64,000 bases of DNA from Verrucomicrobiia bacterium (GTDB taxonomy: Bacteria > Verrucomicrobiota > Verrucomicrobiia > Limisphaerales > UBA1319). The notes beneath the pieces are model-generated. The model was not told where the DNA came from. It made no database searches and worked only from the letters and a program-made list of their open reading frames with translations. Below, piece after piece: positions 18,973 through 28,608 of the stretch. Position numbers and translations under genes: made by a program. Positions within the stretch are counted from its first letter, which is position 1. Every line of letters starts with the position of its first letter. The DNA lies in contig OY760937.1 of the NCBI GenBank assembly GCA_963664225.1, forward strand, positions 3,072,001-3,136,000. The letters run 5' to 3'.

Positions 18973-19905
18973 TCACTCCCTCCCGGCCGGGCCGACATAC
19001 TCCCGCGCGATGACGAGATTGTCGAAATACACAGTGTTCGTGGGGTTCCTGGTCCAACGATCCGTCACGTAAGACTCAAGCGTGAGGGCGTTGGCCCTGA
19101 GCGTCTCGGTTTTGCGCCAGTTGATGCCGCGCCAGTGGCCGAGGAGTTTTCCATCAATCCAGAAAGCCTGCTCGCCATCGGGCTGGCCCGGTGTGTTGTG
19201 CTTGAGCATGAACTCGGCGCAAATCCAGCGGTTCTTCTGAATCACCTCCTGAGGCTCGGGCAGAAACGAGTTGCCCCAGTATTTGCCGTCCGGAGAAACC
19301 TTCATCTCATGCCAGTAACTGTAGAAATTCCACTTCCCGGGCGCATTCCAGCGGGCCCAGTTGCCCCAGGGTTCAAGAGCGGTGGAAAAGCGTTCATCGC
19401 CTGCCGGAAGTAGGCCGGCGCCGCCAAAGCCGGTCCACTTGTCGCCGCCACGCAAGCCCTTGTTGGCGCGCAAGGTAACGAAGTGATGGACGTAGTCGCA
19501 ACCCGGATCGAAGCGAACGTAAAAGCGCACAAAGAGCCGGTCGGATGGCTCGAACCATTTCGTAAGGCCGTCCCCCTGATTCTCGCCCAAACGCGCCTCG
19601 ACTTTCATGCAACGCTGTCCACAGACTTCGCCGTTTGCGGGCACAAGGCTTAGGGCCTTGCCTTTGCCCGCGCCTTTCTCGTCCCAGCGCGCGCCCAAAT
19701 CGCCGGTTTCAAAGTTGTCGGCAAAGATCACGGCCGCGTTTGTGCCAATGCCGGAATCCGCCTTGAATCGCGCCGCAAGTCCCTGTCCTTGAGGCAATTC
19801 GCTGCCCGCAGCGTTGAGGCCGACCAGTGGAATAACGGTTCCAACCCAAAGAGCGGTCAGCAGAATGGACTTCTGAAAAGAGGGCAGCCAGTGAATTGAT
19901 TTCAT
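18973..19905 (-). CDS. Secreted hypothetical protein, polysaccharide-lyase/jelly-roll-like
   Basis: Signal peptide; IFADNFE, FVRFYVRF, KHNTPGQPDGEQAFWIDG, YFDNLVIA..YVGP pattern. Confidence 0.6.
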   Translation of the reverse strand: MKSIHWLPSFQKSILLTALWVGTVIPLVGLNAAGSELPQGQGLAARFKADSGIGTNAAVIFADNFETGDLGARWDEKGAGKGKALSLVPANGEVCGQRCMKVEARLGENQGDGLTKWFEPSDRLFVRFYVRFDPGCDYVHHFVTLRANKGLRGGDKWTGFGGAGLLPAGDERFSTALEPWGNWARWNAPGKWNFYSYWHEMKVSPDGKYWGNSFLPEPQEVIQKNRWICAEFMLKHNTPGQPDGEQAFWIDGKLLGHWRGINWRKTETLRANALTLESYVTDRWTRNPTNTVYFDNLVIAREYVGPAGRE

Positions 19906-19960
19906 GATGTTGTTGGTGTAATCGCGTTCAGCCTGGCGATTGATGGTGAGTTTTGTTCTT

Positions 19961-21340
19961 TTACCGGGATTCAAAATGGCCTTTGAGGAGGTACGCGCCA
20001 GGCCCCTGAGGAAGCGTAAGCCTCTTCCCCGCAAGCATCGTCACGTTCGTAACCACCCTTTCTGTCAACGGGTTACGCACGTCAACCCACAGGTCCCGCC
20101 GGGCTTCCAAGGTGATGCCGCCACCAAGGATTCCCATCGGCAGGCACACAAATTGATCTCCAGTGATCGAGCCGATATTTTGCACGCAACCGTTGGTCGG
20201 GCCGGTCACCTCGGGCCAATACCGATTTGGCATGTCGTTGCAAAGAACGGTGAATGGCGCGCCGGGCTCAATGCCGTCATTCCGCGTCCAACGAGCCAGG
20301 TCTGGAGGGAGGATTCTGCGCAGATGCTCAAAGGCATCGATTCCGGGGACCTGCTCGAAGCGCAGCGGCCTGCCTGAAGGCGGGCAACATTGCTCATAGC
20401 CGTAAATGCCCGCACGCGAGTGGAAGACGTAACCGGGCAGGTTCGCAATCCAGGCAAAAGCAGCGGCACTACAAAGTTTGATGGGATCGCTCTCGGCATC
20501 CACGGAAGAACCGGGGCCGATCGGCTCGTTGCTGATGACTGGAGGCACGCCGGGCAGATTGCCGACGCGGTAACAGTCGCGCACCGGGAGCCAGCCGCCC
20601 TCGGGTGTGCGTTTGTCCCGGCTGAAATGCACGGTGGCCAGATCGGCGGCACTGCCTTTGTACATGGAAATAATCCCCTGATTGGAAGTGTCGTCATAGG
20701 AAGTGATCGCCACCAGCACGGGTGTTCGGTCAGAAAGGAATTTCGTGAATTCGCGCAGGTCCTCCACCCCCTGGGCACCGGGAAAACCGTTCTGCCAGGC
20801 TTCATTGGCCACCTCCAGAAACATCAGATTTTGTTCATGACCCGCAATGGCTGCGAGCACCTTGTCCATATGCGCCTGCCTCGCTGGCTTGGACGGCGTC
20901 ACGTATTGCGCATCGGCAAAAAGGGTGATCTCGACCCGCAGCCCATGCTGGCCGGCCAAGGCGAGTAAATCGCCAAACTGCTGCCAATAATCCGGCCATC
21001 CTGCCACAACCCTTCCAAAGCGATTCGTAAACGTGATCGGCGCGATCTCCATGCCCTCCCAGCTCACCATGCTGAGAACGCGCACGTAGTTGAAGCCCCG
21101 GGAGGCCAGGAAACCCAGGTTGCTCTCCAACCGGGCGCGGTCATATTTCGCATCATGCAAGGCCTGGAAGTAAGAGACTCCCAGCCCAAGAAACGGACCG
21201 GCATCATCGCAAAAGGATTTTCCGGACAATTGAACAAGATTGGTGCGGGATGCGGCTTTGGGCGGTTCCGAGACCGGGGTTTCGGCGGCGGCAAGCCATT
21301 CAGAACAGATCAGAGTAAGGACCGCGATAAGGGTTCTCAT
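19961..21340 (-). CDS. Secreted hypothetical glycoside-hydrolase-like (TIM barrel) protein
   Basis: Signal peptide; GFNYVRV, EVANE and ISNEP resemble clan GH-A catalytic motifs; start overlaps the upstream stop (ATGA). Confidence 0.6.
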   Translation of the reverse strand: MRTLIAVLTLICSEWLAAAETPVSEPPKAASRTNLVQLSGKSFCDDAGPFLGLGVSYFQALHDAKYDRARLESNLGFLASRGFNYVRVLSMVSWEGMEIAPITFTNRFGRVVAGWPDYWQQFGDLLALAGQHGLRVEITLFADAQYVTPSKPARQAHMDKVLAAIAGHEQNLMFLEVANEAWQNGFPGAQGVEDLREFTKFLSDRTPVLVAITSYDDTSNQGIISMYKGSAADLATVHFSRDKRTPEGGWLPVRDCYRVGNLPGVPPVISNEPIGPGSSVDAESDPIKLCSAAAFAWIANLPGYVFHSRAGIYGYEQCCPPSGRPLRFEQVPGIDAFEHLRRILPPDLARWTRNDGIEPGAPFTVLCNDMPNRYWPEVTGPTNGCVQNIGSITGDQFVCLPMGILGGGITLEARRDLWVDVRNPLTERVVTNVTMLAGKRLTLPQGPGAYLLKGHFESR

Positions 21341-22992
21341 GGTTTGGCGTTCCCGTCTTTTCGCTGGAGCAAGAGCACCCAATCTGATTTCGATGGCGCT
21401 GCGAACCGGTGAGTGGCTTTGTTTTCGACATTTTCGGTCCCAAAGGAGAAGCGGCCGCTTACAGGATCATACCAACGGGCGGTAAGCGGGGCGGGGAAGC
21501 CGGACAGGTCGATTTCCACTGCCTCGTTATTTGGAAGGTAGGCAACCGCGAAATCTCCCGACGCGCTTTTGGCCAGGACCATGCGGCGTGTGACATCGTC
21601 CGGTTGGTTCAGGATGAGCGGGTGGGCGGGCTCGAGCCGCCACCATTCGAGGGCGGCGAGGAAATCGTGCAGGTGTTGCATTTGAAAGGCGCTGTCCCAC
21701 TGGAGCGCTTTTTTCCAATAGTCCGATTTGTCCGGGTCATTAACCCAGTTGAAGATGCCACCTTCGCCTCCGGGAACATTCGGCGGCGTTTCTCCGGCGC
21801 CATAGGTGTAGCCAGCGGCACCCGACAGCCATGTGCGCCATCCGAGGGAGCGTGCGTCCACGGCCCGCCAACCCTTCCCGCCCTGACCGTCGTACATCGC
21901 CTCGAGGTTGATGACCGGTTTGTGGGGTTCATGGCGGTAGAGATACAGGTTCCATTCAATGGCATGATGCGCGCACCAATCGATGTGGCCTCCGTTATGG
22001 CCGCTCTGGACACCGGCGAAATCCATGTAGGGTTTGTCGTAGTAATTGGTGGAGAAGGTCGGCACCGGCTGGTCCCATGGCGTGCCGGGATGCTGTGTAA
22101 TAAGGTGCATCGTGGTGGCATCGCGAGCGGCGCGGCCCACGTCGTCCGCCAATGGCATATACTCGCTGTCGAAACTCGGTGAGAAGCTGACGCAGTTGCC
22201 GAACAACCGCGCGATGATGTTCCGGGCGAAAAGGCACGCGTTGCTGGATTCGGGATAGCGCGAGACGGGTTCCATGAGGCCGACCATCATTACAACCATG
22301 CCGTTCTCGTTGGCATATTGCACCTTGCGCTCGAACATTTGCCAGAAGGCGGGATTCCAAACCGCGCACGATTTGTCGGTGAAGGGCTTCTGCCCCTGGC
22401 GATTCACCGCGCCAGCCCATTCCGGGGCGGATGCGATTTGGATCACAGAGAAGTGTTTGGCCTTGCGGTCCGCAATATAGGTTTGCCACTCGTCATCGCT
22501 GGAGCGAAACGGCACGGCCCATGCGGTGTCGCCAATCCACAGGAAAGGGGTTGCATCGTTAAATGTCAGGTAGCGCCGATTCTCGCTGACCTTCAGAAAA
22601 CCGTGCTGATAAAGCGGGTTGGCGCCGTTGTATTTCGAAACGTTGATGCGGCCTTGCCGCCCATTTAATCCGGCATTCGCGGTGTCGGAGCATTCAGTCT
22701 GCCAATTCCAAGTCCCCGGCACAGGGAAGGCGCAGCGAATGCGGAAAATGCTCCCGCCATCCCAGAAACCATAGGTGCGGATGATTCGTTTATCCGGCCC
22801 GGTGTAGGTCACCCGCAAAGTCACGTCGGCGTAGGCGTTAGTATAGACGCGGGTGCTGGTCAGGACATGTTCCCAGCGCTGCCAGGTTTGCGCTCGGGAC
22901 GGATCGAGCCCGGATTGAGATTCCGCTGCCCTGAGGTCTGACAGGCAAAGCACAAAAAACAGCCAGGCGAGAAGCGACTTCAATGCTTTCAT
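21337..22992 (-). CDS. DUF5060/DUF4038 (GH140 apiosidase-like) secreted protein
   Basis: GFWDGG..FRIR, PFLWIGDTAW, QSGH, KPVINLEAMYD, GYTYG, WYDP..G, DWVLLL. Confidence 0.82.
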   Translation of the reverse strand: MKALKSLLAWLFFVLCLSDLRAAESQSGLDPSRAQTWQRWEHVLTSTRVYTNAYADVTLRVTYTGPDKRIIRTYGFWDGGSIFRIRCAFPVPGTWNWQTECSDTANAGLNGRQGRINVSKYNGANPLYQHGFLKVSENRRYLTFNDATPFLWIGDTAWAVPFRSSDDEWQTYIADRKAKHFSVIQIASAPEWAGAVNRQGQKPFTDKSCAVWNPAFWQMFERKVQYANENGMVVMMVGLMEPVSRYPESSNACLFARNIIARLFGNCVSFSPSFDSEYMPLADDVGRAARDATTMHLITQHPGTPWDQPVPTFSTNYYDKPYMDFAGVQSGHNGGHIDWCAHHAIEWNLYLYRHEPHKPVINLEAMYDGQGGKGWRAVDARSLGWRTWLSGAAGYTYGAGETPPNVPGGEGGIFNWVNDPDKSDYWKKALQWDSAFQMQHLHDFLAALEWWRLEPAHPLILNQPDDVTRRMVLAKSASGDFAVAYLPNNEAVEIDLSGFPAPLTARWYDPVSGRFSFGTENVENKATHRFAAPSKSDWVLLLQRKDGNAKP

Positions 22993-23178
22993 GTGTATAA
23001 AGGAATTGGTGCACACAATAGCATTCCAAATGGATTCTCAAAGCTTCTTTTCGAGAAACCACATCCCAATGACGATTAAGTGAACGCCTGTGCGTCGAGC
23101 GTGGCGCACGCAGGGGCGAATGTGAATTTCGAGGGGATGGCCGACTTCCAACCCCTCAGCAATTGCGATGGCCACGCA

Positions 23179-23200
23179 GGCTGAAGCCGGGACTCCATAC
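23179..23200. repeat. REP-like element (hairpin + GGGACTCCATAC), copy 1
   Basis: GGCTGAAGCC hairpin then GGGACTCCATAC; related copy at 36466-36489. Confidence 0.6.
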
Positions 23201-23376
23201 CAAGGAGCGCATTGTCGTGCGCCTTTATCATGGCCTTCCCCCAGGAGAAAGCGCAGCAAGGTGGGTCGCATGAAAGCTTGGACGGTTCTCAGAATAGGTC
23301 TGCGTGGGGCGGACGGATGGCGGCTGACTGCACGTCCTATCCGCAAACGTCCCGGCGTTGCGAACCGAAATGGTTT

Positions 23377-24204
23377 TTATCCCACGGTTTCGCCGATTCT
23401 GAGCGAACGCATGGACATGGAACCCAACGTGACTTTTTCTGCAAAGAAACCGATTGCATCCTTCTTGTCCTGCAGGGCCAGCACGTAGAGCAGGGGCAGG
23501 TAATGCTCGTTCGTGGGGACGGCCTGTCGAGCCGTGGTTCCCAGTTTCGAGTAATGGATGATCGCCTCGTGATTGCCGTCCAGAATGAATTGTCTCATCC
23601 GCTCGTCAAATTCCACGGCCCAGTCAAAGGCTTTGTCCTCCCAGACGATGTCCCGCAGGTTGTGAACGATATTGCCGCTGCCCACGATCAATACCCCCTT
23701 CTTCCGCAGGCCCCTTAATTCTTTGCCCAGCTCGTAATGGAATCCGGGATCCCTGGTGCGATCCAAACTGAGTTGAATGACAGGCACATCGGCTTGAGGG
23801 AACATCCGCGATAAAACCGACCAGGTTCCATGATCGAGCCCCCAATCGATGTCCAGGCCGACGGGAGTTTTTCGAATGGTGCCCTGGATGTATTGTGCCA
23901 GGTCCGGCGCGCCATGCGGAGCGTAGTGTACCCGGTATAGCGCCTCTGGAAAACCGTAAAAGTCGTATATGGTTTTTGGCCGCTCCATCGCGGTGACCTG
24001 CGTGCCCGCGGTCTCCCAATGCGCCGAGATGCAGAGGATGGCCGTGGGTCGGGGCAGTTTTTGCGCCGCCTTGATCCACGCCCGGCTGAACTCGTTGTCC
24101 TCAATCGCATTCATGGGGCTGCCATGCCCGATAAACAGGGCGGGCATCTCAAACCCGGTGTCGGGGGCTTCAGCGAAAGTGCGAATCAGATCTTTGGGAT
24201 TCAT
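23377..24204 (-). CDS. ygiD: 4,5-DOPA extradiol dioxygenase (LigB family)
   Basis: ALFIGHGSPM, ISAHW, DFYGFP, GLDHGTW, GSGNIVHNL, PTNEHYLPL. Confidence 0.95.
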   Translation of the reverse strand: MNPKDLIRTFAEAPDTGFEMPALFIGHGSPMNAIEDNEFSRAWIKAAQKLPRPTAILCISAHWETAGTQVTAMERPKTIYDFYGFPEALYRVHYAPHGAPDLAQYIQGTIRKTPVGLDIDWGLDHGTWSVLSRMFPQADVPVIQLSLDRTRDPGFHYELGKELRGLRKKGVLIVGSGNIVHNLRDIVWEDKAFDWAVEFDERMRQFILDGNHEAIIHYSKLGTTARQAVPTNEHYLPLLYVLALQDKKDAIGFFAEKVTLGSMSMRSLRIGETVG

Positions 24205-24511
24205 GTGGCATTGTTCTTTGAAACTGGCCTGAATTTAAATTGTCCCCTGGCCGGGCGCAAGCGGACTTCCGGGGCACGACCTTTTCCTTTGATACGGCCA
24301 GGAAAACCTCACTTCCAGAGGGCAGGATATTTACAGGCCGCGTTGGGCCGCCGCCGATTAAATGCAAATAGTTGTTTTGTCGTTTAACATCCAAGGCGGC
24401 CAGTCAGGCAAGGATCAAAATTCGGCTAAGGAAGTTTGTGGGATGAACGTGTCCTGTCGAAGGTTCGGTAGGGCTTGCTCCGGTTTGGACGGGTTTGTAT
24501 GGTAGCGGGGC

Positions 24512-25393
24512 ATGCTGATCGTTTCATATTGTTTTGCGATTGCGCTCTTCTCGATGGCCGGGGGGATGTTGCCATTATCCAGCCGTGTCTCCCATTTGAT
24601 GCTGCAGGTCTATCTGAGCCTGTCAGCGGGGGCCATGCTTGGGGCAGCGTTTTTTCACATGTTGCCGGAAAGCGCGGAATTGGCCGGGAAGAATTTCGGA
24701 TTGTGGACGATTTGCGGCGTGATCGGGTTGTATATGATCGAGCGTTTCCTGAGCCCGCACAGCCATGACACATCCGAAGCCAATCCGCACTCCCACTCCC
24801 ACACCCATGAACACGAGGGGCACGTGCATGAGGACCATGAGGATCACGAAGGCCATGCGCACTCCGAGGCCGAGCCTGCGGCGCCGGCCATCGCCGGTTG
24901 GTCTGCGGTGATCGGGCTCTCCATACACACGATACTGGGCGGCGTGGCACTGGGCAGCGCGGTGCTGGCCGGAGCCAAGGGCCTGGGAATGGCGGTGTTC
25001 CTGGCCACTTTATTGCACAAGCCCGCGGATGCCCTGACCATCTCCGCCCTGCTCATCAAGGGTGGCACGAAACGCAGCCGGGTCTTTGCCGTTCAATGTT
25101 TTTTTGCCCTGCTCATACCCGCCGGGGCGGCCCTGTATTATTTTGGCCAGTCGCTCATTACCGGGAGTCTGGAAACGCCTTTCCAGGGCGCGGTCCTGGC
25201 CTTTAGCGCCGGAACCTTCATATGCATCGCCCTGTCGGATTTGCTGCCCGAGGTCCAATTCCACCGCCACGATCGTGGGCGCTTGTTCGCAGCGGTGATT
25301 GCCGGAGCCGCCATCATGTGGGCCACGTCCTTTTTCGAACCGAGCCATGGCCATGGCGACGAGCATCCCGCGACCGAGGTCCTGAAGAATTAG
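24512..25393 (+). CDS. ZIP-family metal transporter with His-rich loop
   Basis: FFHMLPES, IH....GVALG, LHKPAD, SDLLPEV motifs; HSHSHTHEHEGHVHEDHEDH loop. Confidence 0.92.
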   Translation: MLIVSYCFAIALFSMAGGMLPLSSRVSHLMLQVYLSLSAGAMLGAAFFHMLPESAELAGKNFGLWTICGVIGLYMIERFLSPHSHDTSEANPHSHSHTHEHEGHVHEDHEDHEGHAHSEAEPAAPAIAGWSAVIGLSIHTILGGVALGSAVLAGAKGLGMAVFLATLLHKPADALTISALLIKGGTKRSRVFAVQCFFALLIPAGAALYYFGQSLITGSLETPFQGAVLAFSAGTFICIALSDLLPEVQFHRHDRGRLFAAVIAGAAIMWATSFFEPSHGHGDEHPATEVLKN

Positions 25394-25733
25394 GGGGCAA
25401 ATCGGGGTTTTCGACTTGGAATGGACGACCTATTGCGAAGGCGATTATTAGACATACCGTCGCGTTTTTGTACACCACTCAGAAACATTCCCACCCTTGA
25501 GCGATAAAGCACTCATGGGCCCATGGCGGATTTCGTGCCTCTGACCGATAAATGAAGGCTATGCCTAAGGTCCACAGCCTGAACTCCCGCTTGGCAGCAT
25601 TCGTTGAAACCTCCTTTGACGGAGGAGTACTGTCAGCGCTTGCTAAACAATGACATCGATTTCATAGGGCGTCGGGAGAGGAAGTCCATGAGTTTGGCCA
25701 GACCGTCGCATACTTGCGCAATCCTATATGGCC

Positions 25734-25749
25734 CGGCACATAAAGTGCT
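25734..25749 (+). promoter_or_regulatory. sigma54 promoter upstream of the pilin cassette
   Basis: CGGCACA-TAAA-GTGCT, GG-N10-GC spacing; a weaker GG-N10-GC (GGTATGGTCAATGC) lies at 26031-26044. Confidence 0.6.
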
Positions 25750-26102
25750 AGTCACACTCATCCATGTTTGTTGCAGTACCTATAATTATTTGGCTGGAAG
25801 CGCATAAGTCGGATTGTACGAGGCGCGAAAGCAAAAGAATGTGCGCAGAGCGGCGGCCCGTGGACTCTTTTGGGACTGGTTGGCGCGTAGCCGCAACAGT
25901 GATTGGGACACATTCAAAGCCGGGCGGACAGTCATACATCCGCGTTGTTTGAACCGGAGTTGGGTTAATTGGGGCGTAAAACTCTGGCGATGAAAACACT
26001 GCGACAATTGAAATTTGTTTGTGGTTATTGGGTATGGTCAATGCGGCCATTCGTATTGCACAGCCCGGATCACGCAGCCCCTCTTATCAAGCCATTGGAA
26101 AT

Positions 26103-26561
26103 ATGAGAATGCGCTATCAACGGGGTAAAAGAACCTCCGGTTTTACGTTGGTTGAAGTTTTGGTGGCCGTTGTCATCCTGAGCATTGGTTCGGCGGCTTT
26201 GTACTCTGGGATTGGGTATGGGTTGAAGTGCCTCGCCCAAATACGCGAGGAACGACGTGCAGTTCAGATTCTATTGCAGGCCACCGAGACCCTTCGGATG
26301 TACAATTGGGACCAATTACACAGCTCCAGCTTTTTGCCCTCCGCCAAAACATATTCCTATAATCCCAGCTCGACTCGCAGCCCGGGAGTCACCTACACCA
26401 ATCGCATCGCTGTAACCACCGTGCCGTCGGCTTCGGAAAATTATCTCACCAACCTCAGTCAGGTCAATGTCGCGATTGACTGGACCAGTGGAGGCAGCTC
26501 GCACCACAGGGAAATCACCACGATCTTCGCGCGCAGAGGATTACAAGTGTATGTCTATTAA
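26103..26561 (+). CDS. Type IV minor pilin (PilV-like)
   Basis: Class III signal KRTSG|FTLVEVLVAVVIL with Glu5. Confidence 0.88.
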   Translation: MRMRYQRGKRTSGFTLVEVLVAVVILSIGSAALYSGIGYGLKCLAQIREERRAVQILLQATETLRMYNWDQLHSSSFLPSAKTYSYNPSSTRSPGVTYTNRIAVTTVPSASENYLTNLSQVNVAIDWTSGGSSHHREITTIFARRGLQVYVY

Positions 26562-27093
26562 AACCAGGTTTCTATTGGATACACCTCGCAAAGCAGGAGG
26601 TTTTACCGTTGTGGAGATGATGGTGGCCTCTGCGATCGGCTGCTTGATATCGCTGGCGATTATCATCATGACAATTCACACGCTTTACAGTTTCAGGGCC
26701 TTTTCAAATTATGCCGAGAGCGAGAGGGAAACTCGAACTGCCACGGATTGGCTAAGCCGGGACATTCGACAGGCTTCCAGTGTGGTCCAAACGACGACAA
26801 ACGACCTTGCTCTCTTAATAACGAACAATCTGGTCACTTATACTTATTATGCCGCCACACGCACCGTCACCCGGCGCGCAGCAAACGATTCAAAAGTCCT
26901 TCTGAGGGACTGTTTGAATGCGGGCTTCACCATTTATCGGGGAAGCGCCCTAGGGGCTGCCTATGGGCAGTTTGTGCCAGGCACCAATGGTGCCAAACTT
27001 GTCGGATATTACTGGCACTGCGGAGTCACCAATGGAGACGGATCGGTTAATTCCACCGATGCTGATTCGGCTCTGGTGGTCATGAGGAATTAG
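26551..27093 (+). CDS. Type IV minor pilin (PilW/GspJ-like)
   Basis: RKAGG|FTVVEMMVA; LSRDIRQA motif; overlaps the previous stop. Confidence 0.88.
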   Translation: MSIKTRFLLDTPRKAGGFTVVEMMVASAIGCLISLAIIIMTIHTLYSFRAFSNYAESERETRTATDWLSRDIRQASSVVQTTTNDLALLITNNLVTYTYYAATRTVTRRAANDSKVLLRDCLNAGFTIYRGSALGAAYGQFVPGTNGAKLVGYYWHCGVTNGDGSVNSTDADSALVVMRN

Positions 27094-27097
27094 CCAC

Positions 27098-28372
27098 ATG
27101 AAGTCATCCATATATAATCACAAGGAAGAGGCGAGTATTCTGGTAACCGCGCTCCTCACAATCACCGTGCTGATGGTCAGCATGGGGGCGTTTCTTAGTC
27201 TGGTTTCTTATCAATTGCGGAGTGACACCCGCTCGGAGTGCTGGAACATGGCGATAGCCGTGGCGGAGGCCGGTGTTGAAGAAGGGCACGCCCATCTTAA
27301 CCAGAACGGGCTGTCGAATCTTGTCTCCAACGGCTGGACGTCCACGGGTACCAATACTGTTTTCAAAACACGCCGACTTGGAAGCAACTATTTTTCAGTC
27401 ACCATTTTTTCAAACAGACTTGCCAGGATTGTTTCCGAGGGGGCGGTTTGGGTGCCTGCAAGCACCGGCTCAAACTATGTCACTCGCAAGGTGGAAGTAA
27501 CCGTGAAGAATCCCGGGATCCTCAGAAATGCCCTCCTGCTGCTTAATTCAGTCGGTGGAAATGGTGGAAACCCGATCATCGACAGCTTCAGCTCCACCAA
27601 CGGGCCTTATACCCTGGCCACCCGTCGGGATAATGCCGACATCCAATGCCTCGGCACGAATTCCGGTTGTGTGGATGTCGGTAATTCGAAAGTGTATGGG
27701 AAGATAAACACACTGCCGACCGGGTCCGTCATCTGTGCAAACGGGGCCATCGGGGACACGAACTGGAATGCCACACAAACCGGGATTGAGCCAGGCTGGG
27801 TTGACAATAGTATGAGGGTTTTTCCTGTGCCCGACGCACCCGTGGCTGCATTCACAGGGAGTTTCCCTGACAAGGGAAGCTATCAGGGCACCAATTATTC
27901 TTACGTCATGGGCACCGGTAAATACTACCTATCCTCTCTCAACCTGAGTGGCCAGGGTAACATGATTGTAACCGGCGACGCCCAACTGCGCATCTCCAAC
28001 TCCATAAAAATAGCAGGTCAGGGCTGCATCATCATTGCGTCCAATGCCTCTCTCACTATTTATATGGAAGGATCATCGGCATCCCTCAGCGGGCTTGGCA
28101 TCATTAATCAAAATGGTCTGGCCTCAAAATACATGTTCTATGGGAGCACGAATACCACCTCCATAGATGTCACAGGCAACGGAGATGCTTACGGGGTTTA
28201 CTATGCTCCTCAGGCGGATATGAAGCTTTCGGGCAACGGCTCCTTCTGCGGGGCTTTTGTCGCCAAATCTGTCAACAATGGCGGAGGCGCGTCCATTCAC
28301 TACGACGAGGAACTTGCCAAGCTGGACGTGGGAAATTACGAGTGGACCATCGATAGCTGGAACGAGCTGTAA
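27098..28372 (+). CDS. PilX-like protein with Gly/Asn/Ser-rich C-terminal beta-solenoid-like domain
   Basis: EEA|SILVTALL (no Glu5), AIAVAEAGVEE, C-terminal GVYYAPQA...GAFVAK...IHYDE. Confidence 0.8.
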   Translation: MKSSIYNHKEEASILVTALLTITVLMVSMGAFLSLVSYQLRSDTRSECWNMAIAVAEAGVEEGHAHLNQNGLSNLVSNGWTSTGTNTVFKTRRLGSNYFSVTIFSNRLARIVSEGAVWVPASTGSNYVTRKVEVTVKNPGILRNALLLLNSVGGNGGNPIIDSFSSTNGPYTLATRRDNADIQCLGTNSGCVDVGNSKVYGKINTLPTGSVICANGAIGDTNWNATQTGIEPGWVDNSMRVFPVPDAPVAAFTGSFPDKGSYQGTNYSYVMGTGKYYLSSLNLSGQGNMIVTGDAQLRISNSIKIAGQGCIIIASNASLTIYMEGSSASLSGLGIINQNGLASKYMFYGSTNTTSIDVTGNGDAYGVYYAPQADMKLSGNGSFCGAFVAKSVNNGGGASIHYDEELAKLDVGNYEWTIDSWNEL

Positions 28373-28608
28373 CCTTTGTTGCGACTTTTGGGGAGGCAAC
28401 TTTCCATGGCATCGCCCGGTCTTTCGGTTGGCGCCCCACATCATCGTGCCAACCGGTTTGCAAGGCTCCGCAGAATAAGATCACACATAAATCTTCCGCC
28501 GGGCTGGCCGTTTCCACAGACCCGCCAAAATCCCGGCGACCGACCAGTGCGGTTTTTGGCCCTTGCATTTGGCCCGATCGTGGCCCAAGTTGATCGAGCG
28601 AACAACGA

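Noticed and set aside
24359..24381. Zur/Fur-like box upstream of the ZIP transporter (AAATGCAAATAGTTGTTTT)
   Set aside because: Half-degenerate and ~100 bp upstream of the likely promoter; too weak to call
25500..25610. c-di-GMP-I riboswitch upstream of the pilin cassette
   Set aside because: Only fragments (CCTAAGGTCC, ACAGCC) resemble it; the GGCAAA/GCAAAG core is missing
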